DNA of 45,578 bases from Myxococcota bacterium (GCA_041288095.1 JBGGMJ010000124.1:1-45578); one strand, 5' to 3'; positions 18,119 to 33,760 are shown, counted from the first letter of the stretch. Program-made: numbers and translations. The notes: generated by a model not told the origin, from the sequence alone.

Positions 18119-19765
18119 CTACTCCGGGCCCGCCACGCCGACCGCGTTCCAGGCCTCGGCGACGCGTCGAGCCTCGGCGGAATCACCACCGTAGAGGTCT
18201 TGGGCCGCAAGCAACGTGGCGACGCGGGCGTCGGCGAACCTCGTCGTGGGGGTCATGTACGTGGTCAGAGCGCGGTACCAGATGCGGGCGCCCTTCTCCA
18301 TGCCGATGCCGTCGCGCACCGTGACCCCTGAGGTGTCGTTCGTGCCGCCGTTCACCAGGAGGTAGAAGAAGTTGTTGGCGATGCCGGCGTTCATGTGGAC
18401 GCCGCCGCTGTCGTGCTGCAGGCGATAGAGGTGCGCGTAGTGGTCGCGATCATAGAGGTCGTATTGCGAATGCGAGCGATCACGGCTCGGGTGGTCCATA
18501 TAGCGCGCGGCGTCGTTGCCAATCCCCGGGGTCCAGGTCGTGCGGCCGAGCCACCAGTCGATGCTCTCGTTGCCCATGCGGCGCGCGTGCCACCAGCGGG
18601 CCGCGGCTTGCAGAATGTCCGAGGTCGCTTCGTTCAGGGCGCCGGGCTCGCCGCGCTTCTTCAGACGCGCTGTGTTCTCGGTGAGGCCGTGGAAGATCTC
18701 GTGCAACCCGAAGTCGAGCGACACCATCGGGTCGGCGGTGTGGCCGTCACCGTCGCCGTAGAACACCTGGCCGTCGAGCCAATAGGCGCCAATGAGATTG
18801 GTACCGGCATGGACGTTCGAGCGGATGGCCATGCCGCGGTTGTCGAGCGAGTCGCGGCCGAACATGTCGCGCAAGAAATCCCAGGCGACGGCGGCGGCGT
18901 GCTGGGCGTCGACCGCGACGTCGTTGCGCCGGTCGTCGGTTGGAGTGCCCCACTGGTCGTCCGTGTCGATGATCTCGGTCGAGGTCGCCGGAAAGCCCGG
19001 AGTCGAGCTCGGGCGCTGCTGACGGGCGTCGCGCGTCTCGGAGTTGCCGCGGGTGGGGTCGCGCAACACGAAGCCACCGGGCACGGGTGTCGTCTCGAGC
19101 GTCACTTGGCCAGAATGGAGGCTGTGCGCAACGGCGGTTCGCGCCGCGGCGGTCTGCTCGAGGACGGCACCACTGACGGCGTCGACCACGACGTTGGCGC
19201 CGGCGGGCGAGCCATCGGGACGGGTCCAACGGAGGTCGATGGAAAACGCGCGTCGCAGCCCCTCCTGCGAACGGTGCGCAACCAGATCGAGGGCGCGAAC
19301 CATAGCCCCGGCATCGGTGACCGCTCGAGCGGACGCGACGGCGACGACGCGATCGATGGTCGCGCCACCAGCCGGTGGCAGGGTCGGCCGATCGGTCGGT
19401 CCGCTGAGAGCGCGCAGGCCGCCATGGCGGTCGTAGTGGACGATGAGCTGCTCGCCGTCGAGGGGGATGCCGGCGACCATGCGGTCGAAGCGGACATGCG
19501 TCATGCCCAGCTCGTCACGGGCCACGGCGCGGAGCCTGACCTCGCCGAAGCGATGTAGCGCGAGCTCGCGACGGGCCAACTCGGCAAAACGAATGCGATC
19601 GTCGGTCGCTGGCGGCGTCGGCGGCGCCAAAAAAGAGGTCGAATCGGCCACCCGCGTACGCGGCCCCAGCGGCACGATCAGAGCGGGCCGCTCCGGCGGA
19701 ATTTCCGCGGAAGATTGAGGCTCGGCTGCAACCGACCCGACCCGTTCGACAGCATTGAGGGTCAC
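18119..19765 (-). CDS. Thermolysin-family (M4) metalloprotease with FTP/PepSY-like propeptide
   Basis: HEIFH, NEATSD, GGVHMNAG; propeptide DELGMTHVRF; start uncertain (GTG 19765 or TTG 19819). Confidence 0.9.
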   Translation of the reverse strand: MTLNAVERVGSVAAEPQSSAEIPPERPALIVPLGPRTRVADSTSFLAPPTPPATDDRIRFAELARRELALHRFGEVRLRAVARDELGMTHVRFDRMVAGIPLDGEQLIVHYDRHGGLRALSGPTDRPTLPPAGGATIDRVVAVASARAVTDAGAMVRALDLVAHRSQEGLRRAFSIDLRWTRPDGSPAGANVVVDAVSGAVLEQTAAARTAVAHSLHSGQVTLETTPVPGGFVLRDPTRGNSETRDARQQRPSSTPGFPATSTEIIDTDDQWGTPTDDRRNDVAVDAQHAAAVAWDFLRDMFGRDSLDNRGMAIRSNVHAGTNLIGAYWLDGQVFYGDGDGHTADPMVSLDFGLHEIFHGLTENTARLKKRGEPGALNEATSDILQAAARWWHARRMGNESIDWWLGRTTWTPGIGNDAARYMDHPSRDRSHSQYDLYDRDHYAHLYRLQHDSGGVHMNAGIANNFFYLLVNGGTNDTSGVTVRDGIGMEKGARIWYRALTTYMTPTTRFADARVATLLAAQDLYGGDSAEARRVAEAWNAVGVAGPE

Positions 19766-19843
19766 GACGGGCGGGTTATCGCGATGCCACCCCGGCATCG
19801 GTGCTTGAAAAACGATCAACGCCTGACGGTCAGACCGCGATGA

Positions 19844-20470
19844 TCAAGAGTATGGTTTGGTCGCAGCGAGCGATGGACGTTTTTGCAGAGTGTCGTTCCA
19901 AGCGGACAGGCGTGGAAACGCCTGACGTAGACCTGGCTCGATCCCGCGAAACTCGAGCCAACCCATCATGCACGCAATCGCGATTCCCCCGAGATCGAGC
20001 TCGGGAGGCTGGCGATCGATGGTGGCTTCGAGCTCGCTGAGGCCCTGCGTCACCTTCAAGCGTTGGCCCGCGACCCACGGTTGCCAGGCGAGCTCAGGCG
20101 GACGCATCGCGCTCTCGTAGCGCACCAGGATGCCGGCATCGACGATCCCGTCGGCCAGGGCCTGGGTCCGCAGGACCTGCCAGCGCGCCGCCCCGCTCTG
20201 AGGCAGGAGCTGGCCGCGCCCGTGCACGGCGTCGAGATACTCGCAGATGACCTTCGAGTCGTAGAGGGTCGTGCCGTCGTCGAGCTCGAGAGTCGGTAGC
20301 TTGTTCAAGGGGTTAGCGCGGCCGAGGGCTGCGTCCGGCTCGTGCGGCGCGCTCACGACCGGCACGATCTCGCACTTCTCGGCGATGCCGAGCTCCTGGA
20401 GCACCACCCTGACTTTGCGGACGAACGGGGAAGTCGTGGAAGCGTAGAGGCGCATGACTTCGGCCCCCAT
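19844..20470 (-). CDS. Glutathione S-transferase family protein
   Basis: SPFVRKV, NPLNKLPTL, LYDSKVICEYL; GGGAGG RBS. Confidence 0.92.
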   Translation of the reverse strand: MGAEVMRLYASTTSPFVRKVRVVLQELGIAEKCEIVPVVSAPHEPDAALGRANPLNKLPTLELDDGTTLYDSKVICEYLDAVHGRGQLLPQSGAARWQVLRTQALADGIVDAGILVRYESAMRPPELAWQPWVAGQRLKVTQGLSELEATIDRQPPELDLGGIAIACMMGWLEFRGIEPGLRQAFPRLSAWNDTLQKRPSLAATKPYS

Positions 20471-20491
20471 AACCTCCCGGTCGCTTCTTCC

Positions 20492-20518
20492 GCAACAACT
20501 CCGGGCAACTGCCGATAC
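20492..20518 (+). promoter_or_regulatory. sigma28-like promoter motif C (GCAAC-N14-GCCGATAC), pointing antisense into otsB
   Basis: cGCAACaactccgggcaactGCCGATAC. Confidence 0.55.
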
Positions 20519-20540
20519 AGAGGACGAGGAAAACGAAAAC

Positions 20541-21368
20541 CTAGCCGTGTTGCTTTTCTTCCCTCACGACCCGTCTCGCCGAGATCGCCTCGAGCAGAAA
20601 ACCACGCAGCTCAGTGACGCTGTCCAAACGGACGCGCGCCTGAGTCGGCCCAGCACCGATCTTGATGGTCCAGGTGCCGTCGGGGGGCTTCACGAACATG
20701 TCCTCGTCGGTCCGGTCGTCACCGGCCGCGATAGCGAAGTCGGCGCGGGTGAGAGCCGCCAGGTCGGCAAGCGCGACGCCCTTGTGAATCCCTGCCGGGC
20801 GTACCTCGAGGACCATTTTGCCCCGGTGCAGCTCGACAGTCTCCGGGAGGTGCTCGCGGAGTCGCTGGGCGAGGCTATCGACAACCTGCTCACCTATTCT
20901 GGCTTCGACGTTGCGGTAGTGGAACGAGAACGAGAAACGCTTGGGCTCGAGGATCGAGCCAGCCGTCTTGGCACGCACTTCGGCGAGAATGGCGCGCGCC
21001 GTCGGGAACCAGGTCAGCGTCTCGGGTTTGACGCGATCGACGAACACTCCGCCGGGCTTGCGATGCGCCCCACCGTGCTCCGAGACCAGATGGATTGGCA
21101 AATGGCCAAGCCATTTCTGAAGGGTCGGACCGTCGCGACCGCTGACAACGGCGACGGTGATACCGACCGCAATCGCGGACTCGAGCAGCGCGATGATCTC
21201 GGAGGTGGGCTTAGCCTTTTCGGGAGTGGCCGCGATCGGGGCGAGCGTGCCGTCGTAGTCGAGCACGAGCAGCGGGCGTTCGGCGTGAGCCAAAGCGTCC
21301 GCGACAGCGATCTTCCAAGCCGCGCCGACAGCATTTTCCAGGGTCGCGTAACGAACAGGCGAGACCAT
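20541..21368 (-). CDS. otsB: Trehalose-6-phosphate phosphatase (HAD IIB)
   Basis: LDYDGTL, VVSGR, SEHG, FHYRN, GKMVLEVRP..HKG, AGDDRTDEDMF. Confidence 0.9.
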   Translation of the reverse strand: MVSPVRYATLENAVGAAWKIAVADALAHAERPLLVLDYDGTLAPIAATPEKAKPTSEIIALLESAIAVGITVAVVSGRDGPTLQKWLGHLPIHLVSEHGGAHRKPGGVFVDRVKPETLTWFPTARAILAEVRAKTAGSILEPKRFSFSFHYRNVEARIGEQVVDSLAQRLREHLPETVELHRGKMVLEVRPAGIHKGVALADLAALTRADFAIAAGDDRTDEDMFVKPPDGTWTIKIGAGPTQARVRLDSVTELRGFLLEAISARRVVREEKQHG

Positions 21369-21413
21369 CGAGCTCCGGGCGTCACCCGAGAGAAGTACTA
21401 GGGGAGACTACCC

Positions 21414-23333
21414 GTGCGCGAAGTCATTAATCAACCGTTGGGCGGCGGTCGCGGCGTCATAGAAAGCGTCGACCGCGCCGACGAGGCCCGGAAGCCCGCT
21501 GGCGGCCGCGCGGTGGGTCGCACCGTAGCCCACAGCCCTAGCGGCTACGACGGCGCCAACGGCGTCTCGACCACCGTCCCAGTGCAAGGCCCGGCGCGCG
21601 TCGTCGACTCAGCGACGGTCGGCCAAGAGCACGCCAAGACCCTCGCCAATGCCCTCAAGAACTCGAACGAAGGTCCCGAGCGCTTGACCGCGTTGCAGGC
21701 GCTCGCCAAAGCCGCGAAGGCCACGCCCAACGAGGTACGCGAGGCCCTGCGGTTCGAATCGGCCGCGCCAAAACACAAGCTCGAAGAATATGAAGAAGCG
21801 CTGGCGCGAACCATGGGCAAGGACGCTGCGCACCGCTTCATGCAAGACACGCGTGCTCTCGCGAAGCGCATGCAGAAAGCCGGTGCACCACGCATCGCAT
21901 TGGTGAGCGCCACCTTCTCTGGTGGCGGCGTCGCCGAGATGTTCCAGACGCAAGCGCACATCCTGCAGCACCTCGGCATCGAGCTCGAGTGGCAAAAGAC
22001 CTGGGCCCCTGATGGCGCTTACGGCGAGGTCTGCCGCAAGGCATTCGACGCCTTCCAAGGCGGCGCCACCGTCATCCCCGACCTCGACCACAAGCTCTGG
22101 CGGAACCACAACGAGTTGCTCGCCGACATCTATCGCGGCCTTGCCATGGACAAGAAGGTCAGCGCCATCTTCCTCGAAGACCACCACGCCATTCACATGA
22201 TCCCGGCGATCAAGGCGGCGAATCCCGACAAGCGCATCGTTTGGCGTAGTCACGTCGACATGGCCGGCGTCCTCGCAGGTAAGCCCGGCGCGCTAGATGT
22301 CTGGCAGAAGGCGATCCTGCCGATGCTCGAGCGCCTCGACGAGAACGACGTCATTCTCTTTCAACCGGGCAGCGTGCCGCCCGAAGCACACAAGCTCCGA
22401 GCCAACGTATTCGTGGCACCACCCGGCATCGATCCGCTGTCGAAAAAGAACGAGCCAATCACCTGGGAAGAAGCGCGCGCGACCCTACTCGAGCTGTCGC
22501 GTGAGCTCGCGCCCAACGCTCCGGCAGACAAGCCGTACATCGATCCGGATCGTCCACACATCGTCACCGGCGGCCGCTTCGTACCATGGAAGGGCATCAT
22601 CCCGACGGTGCGTGCCTTCATCGCCATCGCCAAGGAACATCCCGACATCGACCTCCTCGTCTTCGGCTCAGCCGGCAAGGACGACTGGCGCAAGGTCGAG
22701 TACCTGCAGCAGTTCAACCTGATGATGGCCGAGGCCGGTCCCGAGATCGCGTCGCGCATCAAGGTCGTCCTCAACAAGAGCGAAGAGCTCGCCGCCGGGT
22801 ACAAGCTCGCCGCGCATCACAAGCTTCCTGCCTTCTTCTTCTCGCTCGCCGAAGGTTACAACCTCATGCAAGACGAGGCGCTGGTGCACGACGCCGCTGT
22901 CGGCAACAGTCGCGTCGGTGGTCTCGAGCGCAACAGCGCCGGACCCCTTGCCTGGTTCTCGACCCAGCTCGGCAAATACGTGAAGGCCCTGATCGACCCC
23001 AAGCTCCTCTACGGCGACAAAGACGGAACCCTCGACGTCTCGCCGGAAGCGAAGGCCATCGAGGACGACCTCGCCGCCACGTTCCGCCGCGTGCTCGACG
23101 AACGCGCGAACAACCGCGAGGCTTACGACGCGCGCTACGACGAAGCAGTCGGCGTCGGCAAAGGCATCGCCATCCGCAACTCGCTACCCCGCATGTCCGA
23201 TTGCTACATGGCGCTCGCCAGCGCGACGCCACTCCAACTGGCCATCGCGGCCCAGGGCGAGCGCGGCACTGCCGGCGCCGCGCACATGGGCACGGTCGCC
23301 GAAGTCATGCGCGCCGGGAGATTGATCCGCTAA
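21414..23333 (+). CDS. Divergent TreT-like GT4 glycosyltransferase with long N-terminal extension
   Basis: SATFSGGGVAEM, WRSHVD, PPGIDPLSKKN, GRFVPWKG, SLAEGYNL..EAL resemble TreT motifs; GGGGAG RBS. Confidence 0.75.
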   Translation: MREVINQPLGGGRGVIESVDRADEARKPAGGRAVGRTVAHSPSGYDGANGVSTTVPVQGPARVVDSATVGQEHAKTLANALKNSNEGPERLTALQALAKAAKATPNEVREALRFESAAPKHKLEEYEEALARTMGKDAAHRFMQDTRALAKRMQKAGAPRIALVSATFSGGGVAEMFQTQAHILQHLGIELEWQKTWAPDGAYGEVCRKAFDAFQGGATVIPDLDHKLWRNHNELLADIYRGLAMDKKVSAIFLEDHHAIHMIPAIKAANPDKRIVWRSHVDMAGVLAGKPGALDVWQKAILPMLERLDENDVILFQPGSVPPEAHKLRANVFVAPPGIDPLSKKNEPITWEEARATLLELSRELAPNAPADKPYIDPDRPHIVTGGRFVPWKGIIPTVRAFIAIAKEHPDIDLLVFGSAGKDDWRKVEYLQQFNLMMAEAGPEIASRIKVVLNKSEELAAGYKLAAHHKLPAFFFSLAEGYNLMQDEALVHDAAVGNSRVGGLERNSAGPLAWFSTQLGKYVKALIDPKLLYGDKDGTLDVSPEAKAIEDDLAATFRRVLDERANNREAYDARYDEAVGVGKGIAIRNSLPRMSDCYMALASATPLQLAIAAQGERGTAGAAHMGTVAEVMRAGRLIR

Positions 23334-23385
23334 ATGGGGACACTAACCATTTCTTTGTTCTGAAAAATGGTTGGTGTCCCTATTT
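23332..23385. repeat. REP-like inverted repeat, copy 1; may serve as a bidirectional terminator
   Basis: aaatggggacactaaccattt / aaatggttggtgtccctattt: 21-bp arms with two G-T mismatches, filling the gap between convergent stops. Confidence 0.8.
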
Positions 23386-24837
23386 TTAGTAGGACTTCGA
23401 GAATAATACGCGTCGCTTCGACGGCTTGCCCGTGAGCACACACTTGCCGTCTTCCGCTGGCGCGTCGAGCGGGATGCAGCGGATGGTGACCTTGAGCTCT
23501 TCTTTGATGCGCGCCTCGGTCTCCGCGGTGCCGTCCCAGTGCGCCATGACGAACTTCGAGTCCTGACCCTCGAAGACCTTCTTGAACGCGTCCCAGTCGT
23601 CGATGCTCACCGTGTTGTCGGCGAGACGCTGCTTTGCCCGCTCCAAGAGACGCTTCTGGAAATCGTCCATGAACGCGGTCGCCCAGGCGGCGAGACCTTC
23701 GCGGCTGCGGAAGTCCTTCTTCTCGGCGAGGCGATCCTTGTACGCGATAGCGTTCTTTTCGATGTCCTTCGGCCCGATCTCGATGCGGAGCGGCACGCCC
23801 TTCTGCTCCCACTCGAAGTACTTGAAGCCGGGCTTGTAGTCGCGCGTGTCGAAGACCACCGAGAGCCCCGCGGCGCGCAGCTCCTTGGTGATGGCCTCGC
23901 CGTGCTCGCGCACCAGCGCCTCGTCGGCGCCCTTGCCGTAGATGGGCACCACCGCGACGTGCACGGGAGCGAGCTTCGGCGGCAGCACCAGGCCGTTGTC
24001 GTCCGAATGCGACATGATGAGCGCGCCGATGAGACGCGTCGAGACGCCCCAGCTCGTCTGCCAGACGAAGTCCTGCTGGCCTTCCTTGTTCTGGAACTTC
24101 ACGTCGAAGGCCTTGCCGAAGTTCTGGCCCAGGTCGTGCGACGTACCGGCCTGCAGCGCCTTGCCGTCTTGCATCATCGCTTCGATGCAGAACGACTCGA
24201 CGGCGCCGGCGAACTTCTCGCTGTGCGTCTTGATGCCGCGAATGACTGGCATCGCCATGTGGCTCTCGGCGAAGTCGCCGTAGACGTGCAGCATGCGAAT
24301 GACTTCTTCGCGCGCCTCTTCGTGGGTCGCGTGCGCGGTGTGACCCTCTTGCCAGAGGAACTCACCCGTCCGCAAAAACATACGCGTGCGCATCTCCCAG
24401 CGCATGACGTTCGCCCATTGATTGATGAGCAGCGGCAGGTCGCGCCACGACTCGATCCACTTGGCGAAGAAGTGCCCGATGATGGTCTCGGAGGTCGGGC
24501 GGATGACGTACCTCTCCTCGAGCTCCTTGCCGCCGGCGTGGGTGACGACCGCGAGCTCGGGCGAGAAGCCTTCGACGTGCTCGGCTTCCTTCTTGAGGAA
24601 GCTCTCGGGGATGAGCAGCGGAAAGTACGCGTTCTGGTGGCCGGTGGCCTTGAACATGTCATCGAGCGCCCGCTGGATCTTCTCCCAGATGGCGTAGCCG
24701 TGCGGCTTGATGACCATGCAGCCTTTGACGACCTCGGCGTTCTCGGCGAGGCTCGCCTGGCGGATGACGTCCAAATACCAACGGGAATAATCTTCGGAGC
24801 GCGGAGTGATGCGCTCAGGCTGCTTACCTTCGGACAT
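23386..24837 (-). CDS. proS: Proline--tRNA ligase, eukaryote/archaeal type
   Basis: [47 protein letters not shown]-terminal SKSY. Confidence 0.97.
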   Translation of the reverse strand: MSEGKQPERITPRSEDYSRWYLDVIRQASLAENAEVVKGCMVIKPHGYAIWEKIQRALDDMFKATGHQNAYFPLLIPESFLKKEAEHVEGFSPELAVVTHAGGKELEERYVIRPTSETIIGHFFAKWIESWRDLPLLINQWANVMRWEMRTRMFLRTGEFLWQEGHTAHATHEEAREEVIRMLHVYGDFAESHMAMPVIRGIKTHSEKFAGAVESFCIEAMMQDGKALQAGTSHDLGQNFGKAFDVKFQNKEGQQDFVWQTSWGVSTRLIGALIMSHSDDNGLVLPPKLAPVHVAVVPIYGKGADEALVREHGEAITKELRAAGLSVVFDTRDYKPGFKYFEWEQKGVPLRIEIGPKDIEKNAIAYKDRLAEKKDFRSREGLAAWATAFMDDFQKRLLERAKQRLADNTVSIDDWDAFKKVFEGQDSKFVMAHWDGTAETEARIKEELKVTIRCIPLDAPAEDGKCVLTGKPSKRRVLFSKSY

Positions 24838-24974
24838 GCGCGCTCGTTTAGCGCGCACACGCCCAGTTAGTCGAGTGCTTTGCGGAAACCTCGGTGCTGG
24901 CCCTGACACCATGTCGTGGGTAGCGCACGATTTCGCGGGGCCCGCTCGACCGCCCTGTCGGTATTCTCATCGTC

Positions 24975-25754
24975 ATGAGCTGGGTTTCGGGGCTGGTGAG
25001 CAAACTTGGGCGAAGAGCCGCGGCCGGCGCGCCCGAGTACAACGCCGCAAGCGCTCGCGTGCCCACGGCCGGTGCCGTTCGGGCCGGACTCGCCGCCGGG
25101 GTGAGCGACGGCGAACGCTTCGCGGCTCAGGCGGTGCTCCGGCGCGCGACCCCCTTCGAAGGCGCGGCGAGTCGGCTTCGCGCTTTCGATGCCCGGATGC
25201 GATTCAGCGATGCCGACGCGGACGCTTTGCTCGACGGCGTCGTCGATGGCGTGAGGAAGACGTTGCGGGCGGTTGGTGCAAGACGGCAGTTCGAGCATGA
25301 TGCGTTGTCTCCGGCCGGCCTTCAGGGAGCCTGCGGCTTTGCTACGACCGCCAGCCAGCTCTACCTCGGCGACTTGGGCGCCAACACAGTCGCTCACCAA
25401 GCGAGGATCTTCTTCGGCAACGCCTACAGTCACGCCTTCGCCGTGACCACGCTACCGAACGGCCGCACCTACCTCGTCGACGCAACCTTCGCGCAATTCA
25501 CCGGCCCGGGCGGAGTGCCGGGCGAGCTCTTACGATCGACCGTCGAGGGCAACAGACTGCTGCAGCGCCTCCTCACCCGTGGCTATGTCGAGCTCGATGA
25601 TCAGACTGCCGCCCTCTATGGTCGCGCTCTGGGCGGCCAGCATCCCCCGCGAACGGTGAATGACTTTACGGCCGCGAATACGTTGGTCAACGGTATCGCG
25701 CCGCAGCGTGTCCAGCCCTGGCTCGCGCGCCTTCCGGGCCATCCCGAACCTTGA
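24975..25754 (+). CDS. Putative papain/transglutaminase-like Cys-His-Asp enzyme
   Basis: GACGF...SHAFAV...YLVDATFAQF spacing suggests a Cys-His-Asp triad; Ala/Arg-rich N-terminus. Confidence 0.6.
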   Translation: MSWVSGLVSKLGRRAAAGAPEYNAASARVPTAGAVRAGLAAGVSDGERFAAQAVLRRATPFEGAASRLRAFDARMRFSDADADALLDGVVDGVRKTLRAVGARRQFEHDALSPAGLQGACGFATTASQLYLGDLGANTVAHQARIFFGNAYSHAFAVTTLPNGRTYLVDATFAQFTGPGGVPGELLRSTVEGNRLLQRLLTRGYVELDDQTAALYGRALGGQHPPRTVNDFTAANTLVNGIAPQRVQPWLARLPGHPEP

Positions 25755-25781
25755 CGCTGCCGCTGCTCGCGCCGCGTGTCT

Positions 25782-27068
25782 TCAGTTGCAGGTCGCGTCG
25801 CCGCTCTCGCAGCTCACGATCGCCAGCCCGTACGCGCCACCCGACACGGTCACGTCGTAGGTGCCGGCCGACAGCGTCGTGTGCACGATGGTGTTCCCGG
25901 CGGCGACCTGCGTGCCCCCGTTCTTCACGGCGATCGCCGCGACGCCGCTCCGCGTGAGCGCGAGGAAACGCGTGCGCCTCGAGGACGGCACGTTCAAGCG
26001 ATAGGTCTTTGGTCCCGATTCATCAGCGTCGACGAACGGCAGCGCATCGACCACGAACGGCGACGAGGCGGTGCCGGTGCCGCTCACGGTAGCGCCCGCA
26101 TCGAGCGCGCCTCCGCCATCGAGGACATGCCGCACGCGGTCCAGCGCCTGCAGCGTGATGAGGTTGCGCACGTTGTAGCCATATTGCAGTCCCGCCGAAG
26201 TGAAGACGCAGCCACCGAACTCGACCTTCGGATGAGTGCCGTCCCAGAGACCGTAATCAGGCAGCGGCAGGAGCTCGCGCTCGAAGTCGATGAGCGGGAT
26301 GGCCCGGCTCTGCGCAATGACCCGAATGATCGCGTTCATCGTCGGCACGTTGAGGTAGCCCGGCCGCGGCGCGATGTACGGCGGGATGGTGTAGAGCACC
26401 GGCACGATGCCGCGCGAGGCCATGGTGTCGACCAGCGCTTGCATGCGGCCATGGAACGTGACGAAGCCGTCGACACCAGCCGCGGTAGTGATGAGCGTCG
26501 AGTCGTTGGTGCCGAACTCGACGAGCGCAACGCGTGGCTTGATGGCGTTGTCTTCCTGGTCGAGCGGACGTGGTGTCAGCGATAGCGGATAGTCGGCGGT
26601 GGTGCCGCCCTCGGCCGCGTAGCTCGCACGGTTGTACGAGGTGGTCGCCCCCTGACACCACTCTTCGTTACAAGGCGACGCGCCGCTGACGTTGGCGGCG
26701 CCATAGAAGTCGATGCTGTCCTGCAAGTCGTTGCGGCCGGCGAGGTCGATGGTGCCGTCGGCGAAGCACGACATCACCGCGAACGAATCGGTGATCGAGT
26801 CGCCGACCTTCATGAACATGTCGTCGTTGCGACTGGTGGACGTGCCGGCGATGGCGCGGATGTTGTTCGCGATGGCGGCGGTGATCGGCGACTGCGTGCG
26901 GTCGCGCATGTAGCGGACCTTGGAGGTCGTCTCGCCGGGGATCTCGTCCGGCTGGTCATCCTGCTGGTCGCTGGGGTCACTGTCGGGCCCGTCGGGACCG
27001 CCCCCGGAGCTTCCACACGCGGCGATGAACGCGAAAACACCTAGAATTGCTATTCTTACAACCCTCAC
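25782..27068 (-). CDS. SGNH/GDSL hydrolase lipoprotein
   Basis: IAAC lipobox; GDSIT, GTND, DGTHP; GGGAGG RBS before GTG 27068. Confidence 0.85.
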   Translation of the reverse strand: MRVVRIAILGVFAFIAACGSSGGGPDGPDSDPSDQQDDQPDEIPGETTSKVRYMRDRTQSPITAAIANNIRAIAGTSTSRNDDMFMKVGDSITDSFAVMSCFADGTIDLAGRNDLQDSIDFYGAANVSGASPCNEEWCQGATTSYNRASYAAEGGTTADYPLSLTPRPLDQEDNAIKPRVALVEFGTNDSTLITTAAGVDGFVTFHGRMQALVDTMASRGIVPVLYTIPPYIAPRPGYLNVPTMNAIIRVIAQSRAIPLIDFERELLPLPDYGLWDGTHPKVEFGGCVFTSAGLQYGYNVRNLITLQALDRVRHVLDGGGALDAGATVSGTGTASSPFVVDALPFVDADESGPKTYRLNVPSSRRTRFLALTRSGVAAIAVKNGGTQVAAGNTIVHTTLSAGTYDVTVSGGAYGLAIVSCESGDATCN

Positions 27069-27137
27069 AACGCCCTCCCCGAGCCCTCGCACACAGCTTG
27101 GGGACGATTCGCGACGTCGCCAAGGGGGTAAGGCAGC

Positions 27138-27167
27138 CCCGGCGACGCCTTGCAGCGCGTCGCCGGG
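27138..27167. terminator. GC-rich hairpin downstream of the giant lipoprotein gene
   Basis: cccggcgacgc-N8-gcgtcgccggg perfect 11-bp stem; no clear U-tract. Confidence 0.5.
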
Positions 27168-27187
27168 AGCCAAGAAGGATTAGCGGA

Positions 27188-33061
<5,874 letters not shown>

Positions 33062-33267
33062 TCGAACGGCTCCTTCGACCACAGCGACGAGTTTCCAGGT
33101 GCAAACCCAGCGTAAAGGCAAACACCCAGGTCGGGCCCATATCGTATACGACAGGGTCGATGCACGCCCGTTTAGTGCACACTTATGCGTACATACGTCG
33201 GCCCACGTAACACCATGATCTCGATGTCAGGATTTCAAGGCTGGGAAACCCCAAGCCGGGTCGAAGC

Positions 33268-33273
33268 TTGACA
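33268..33273 (+). promoter_or_regulatory. Consensus -35 hexamer (TTGACA) upstream of the small ORF
   Basis: Perfect TTGACA; no clean TANNNT at 17 bp. Confidence 0.4.
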
Positions 33274-33327
33274 AGTATGGGTCGGTAACGGCATCTGCCG
33301 CCCCCTTACTCTCGACCGGAGCTCGAC

Positions 33328-33462
33328 GTGGCCTCGACGACCAAAGCGCATATGACCAAGCTGAAGAACAAGACCCGCGCCCTCGGCAAGCGCCGCAAGA
33401 AGGCCCTGGCCAAGAACGGCTCGACGCCCTCGAAGGCCAAGCTCTTCGGCGACGCCAAGTAG
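33328..33462 (+). CDS. Small basic protein, 44 aa (MASTTKAHMTKLKNKTRALGKRRKKALAKNGSTPSKAKLFGDAK)
   Basis: Not in the ORF track; GGAG RBS, GTG start, strong G/C third positions, hairpin after the stop. Confidence 0.75.
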   Translation: MASTTKAHMTKLKNKTRALGKRRKKALAKNGSTPSKAKLFGDAK

Positions 33463-33469
33463 GTCGGCT

Positions 33470-33492
33470 AGCGCGGCGGTCGATGCCGCGCT
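33470..33492. terminator. Hairpin between convergent genes
   Basis: agcgcggc-N7-gccgcgct perfect 8-bp stem. Confidence 0.55.
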
Positions 33493-33493
33493 C

Positions 33494-33760
33494 TTACCGC
33501 ACCAAGCTCTGCTGGTAGGCGTCGAACGGCTGCCGCGCTCTTAGCGCGTCGATCAGCTTGAGATACGCCTCGCGTTGCCCGAATGGTGCATCGAAGGTGC
33601 GTTGCATCTGCACCTGCATCTGACCCGACGGCCCAGCTTCGTGCCATGCCTGCTGCAGGCGCGAATATTCGACGCGCGAGACGTTGCCCGCGGCGGGTGC
33701 GAGCTCACGTGAGCCGATGGCTTGATGTGCCAAGGAGACGAAGTCAGCGGCGGTAGCCAT
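33494..33760 (-). CDS. Hypothetical protein (88 aa)
   Basis: AAGGGG RBS; overlaps the end of the upstream ORF. Confidence 0.55.
   Translation of the reverse strand: MATAADFVSLAHQAIGSRELAPAAGNVSRVEYSRLQQAWHEAGPSGQMQVQMQRTFDAPFGQREAYLKLIDALRARQPFDAYQQSLVR

Noticed and set aside
20454..21401. 315-aa + strand ORF as the target of promoter motif C
   Set aside because: It starts upstream of the motif and is an antisense shadow of otsB.
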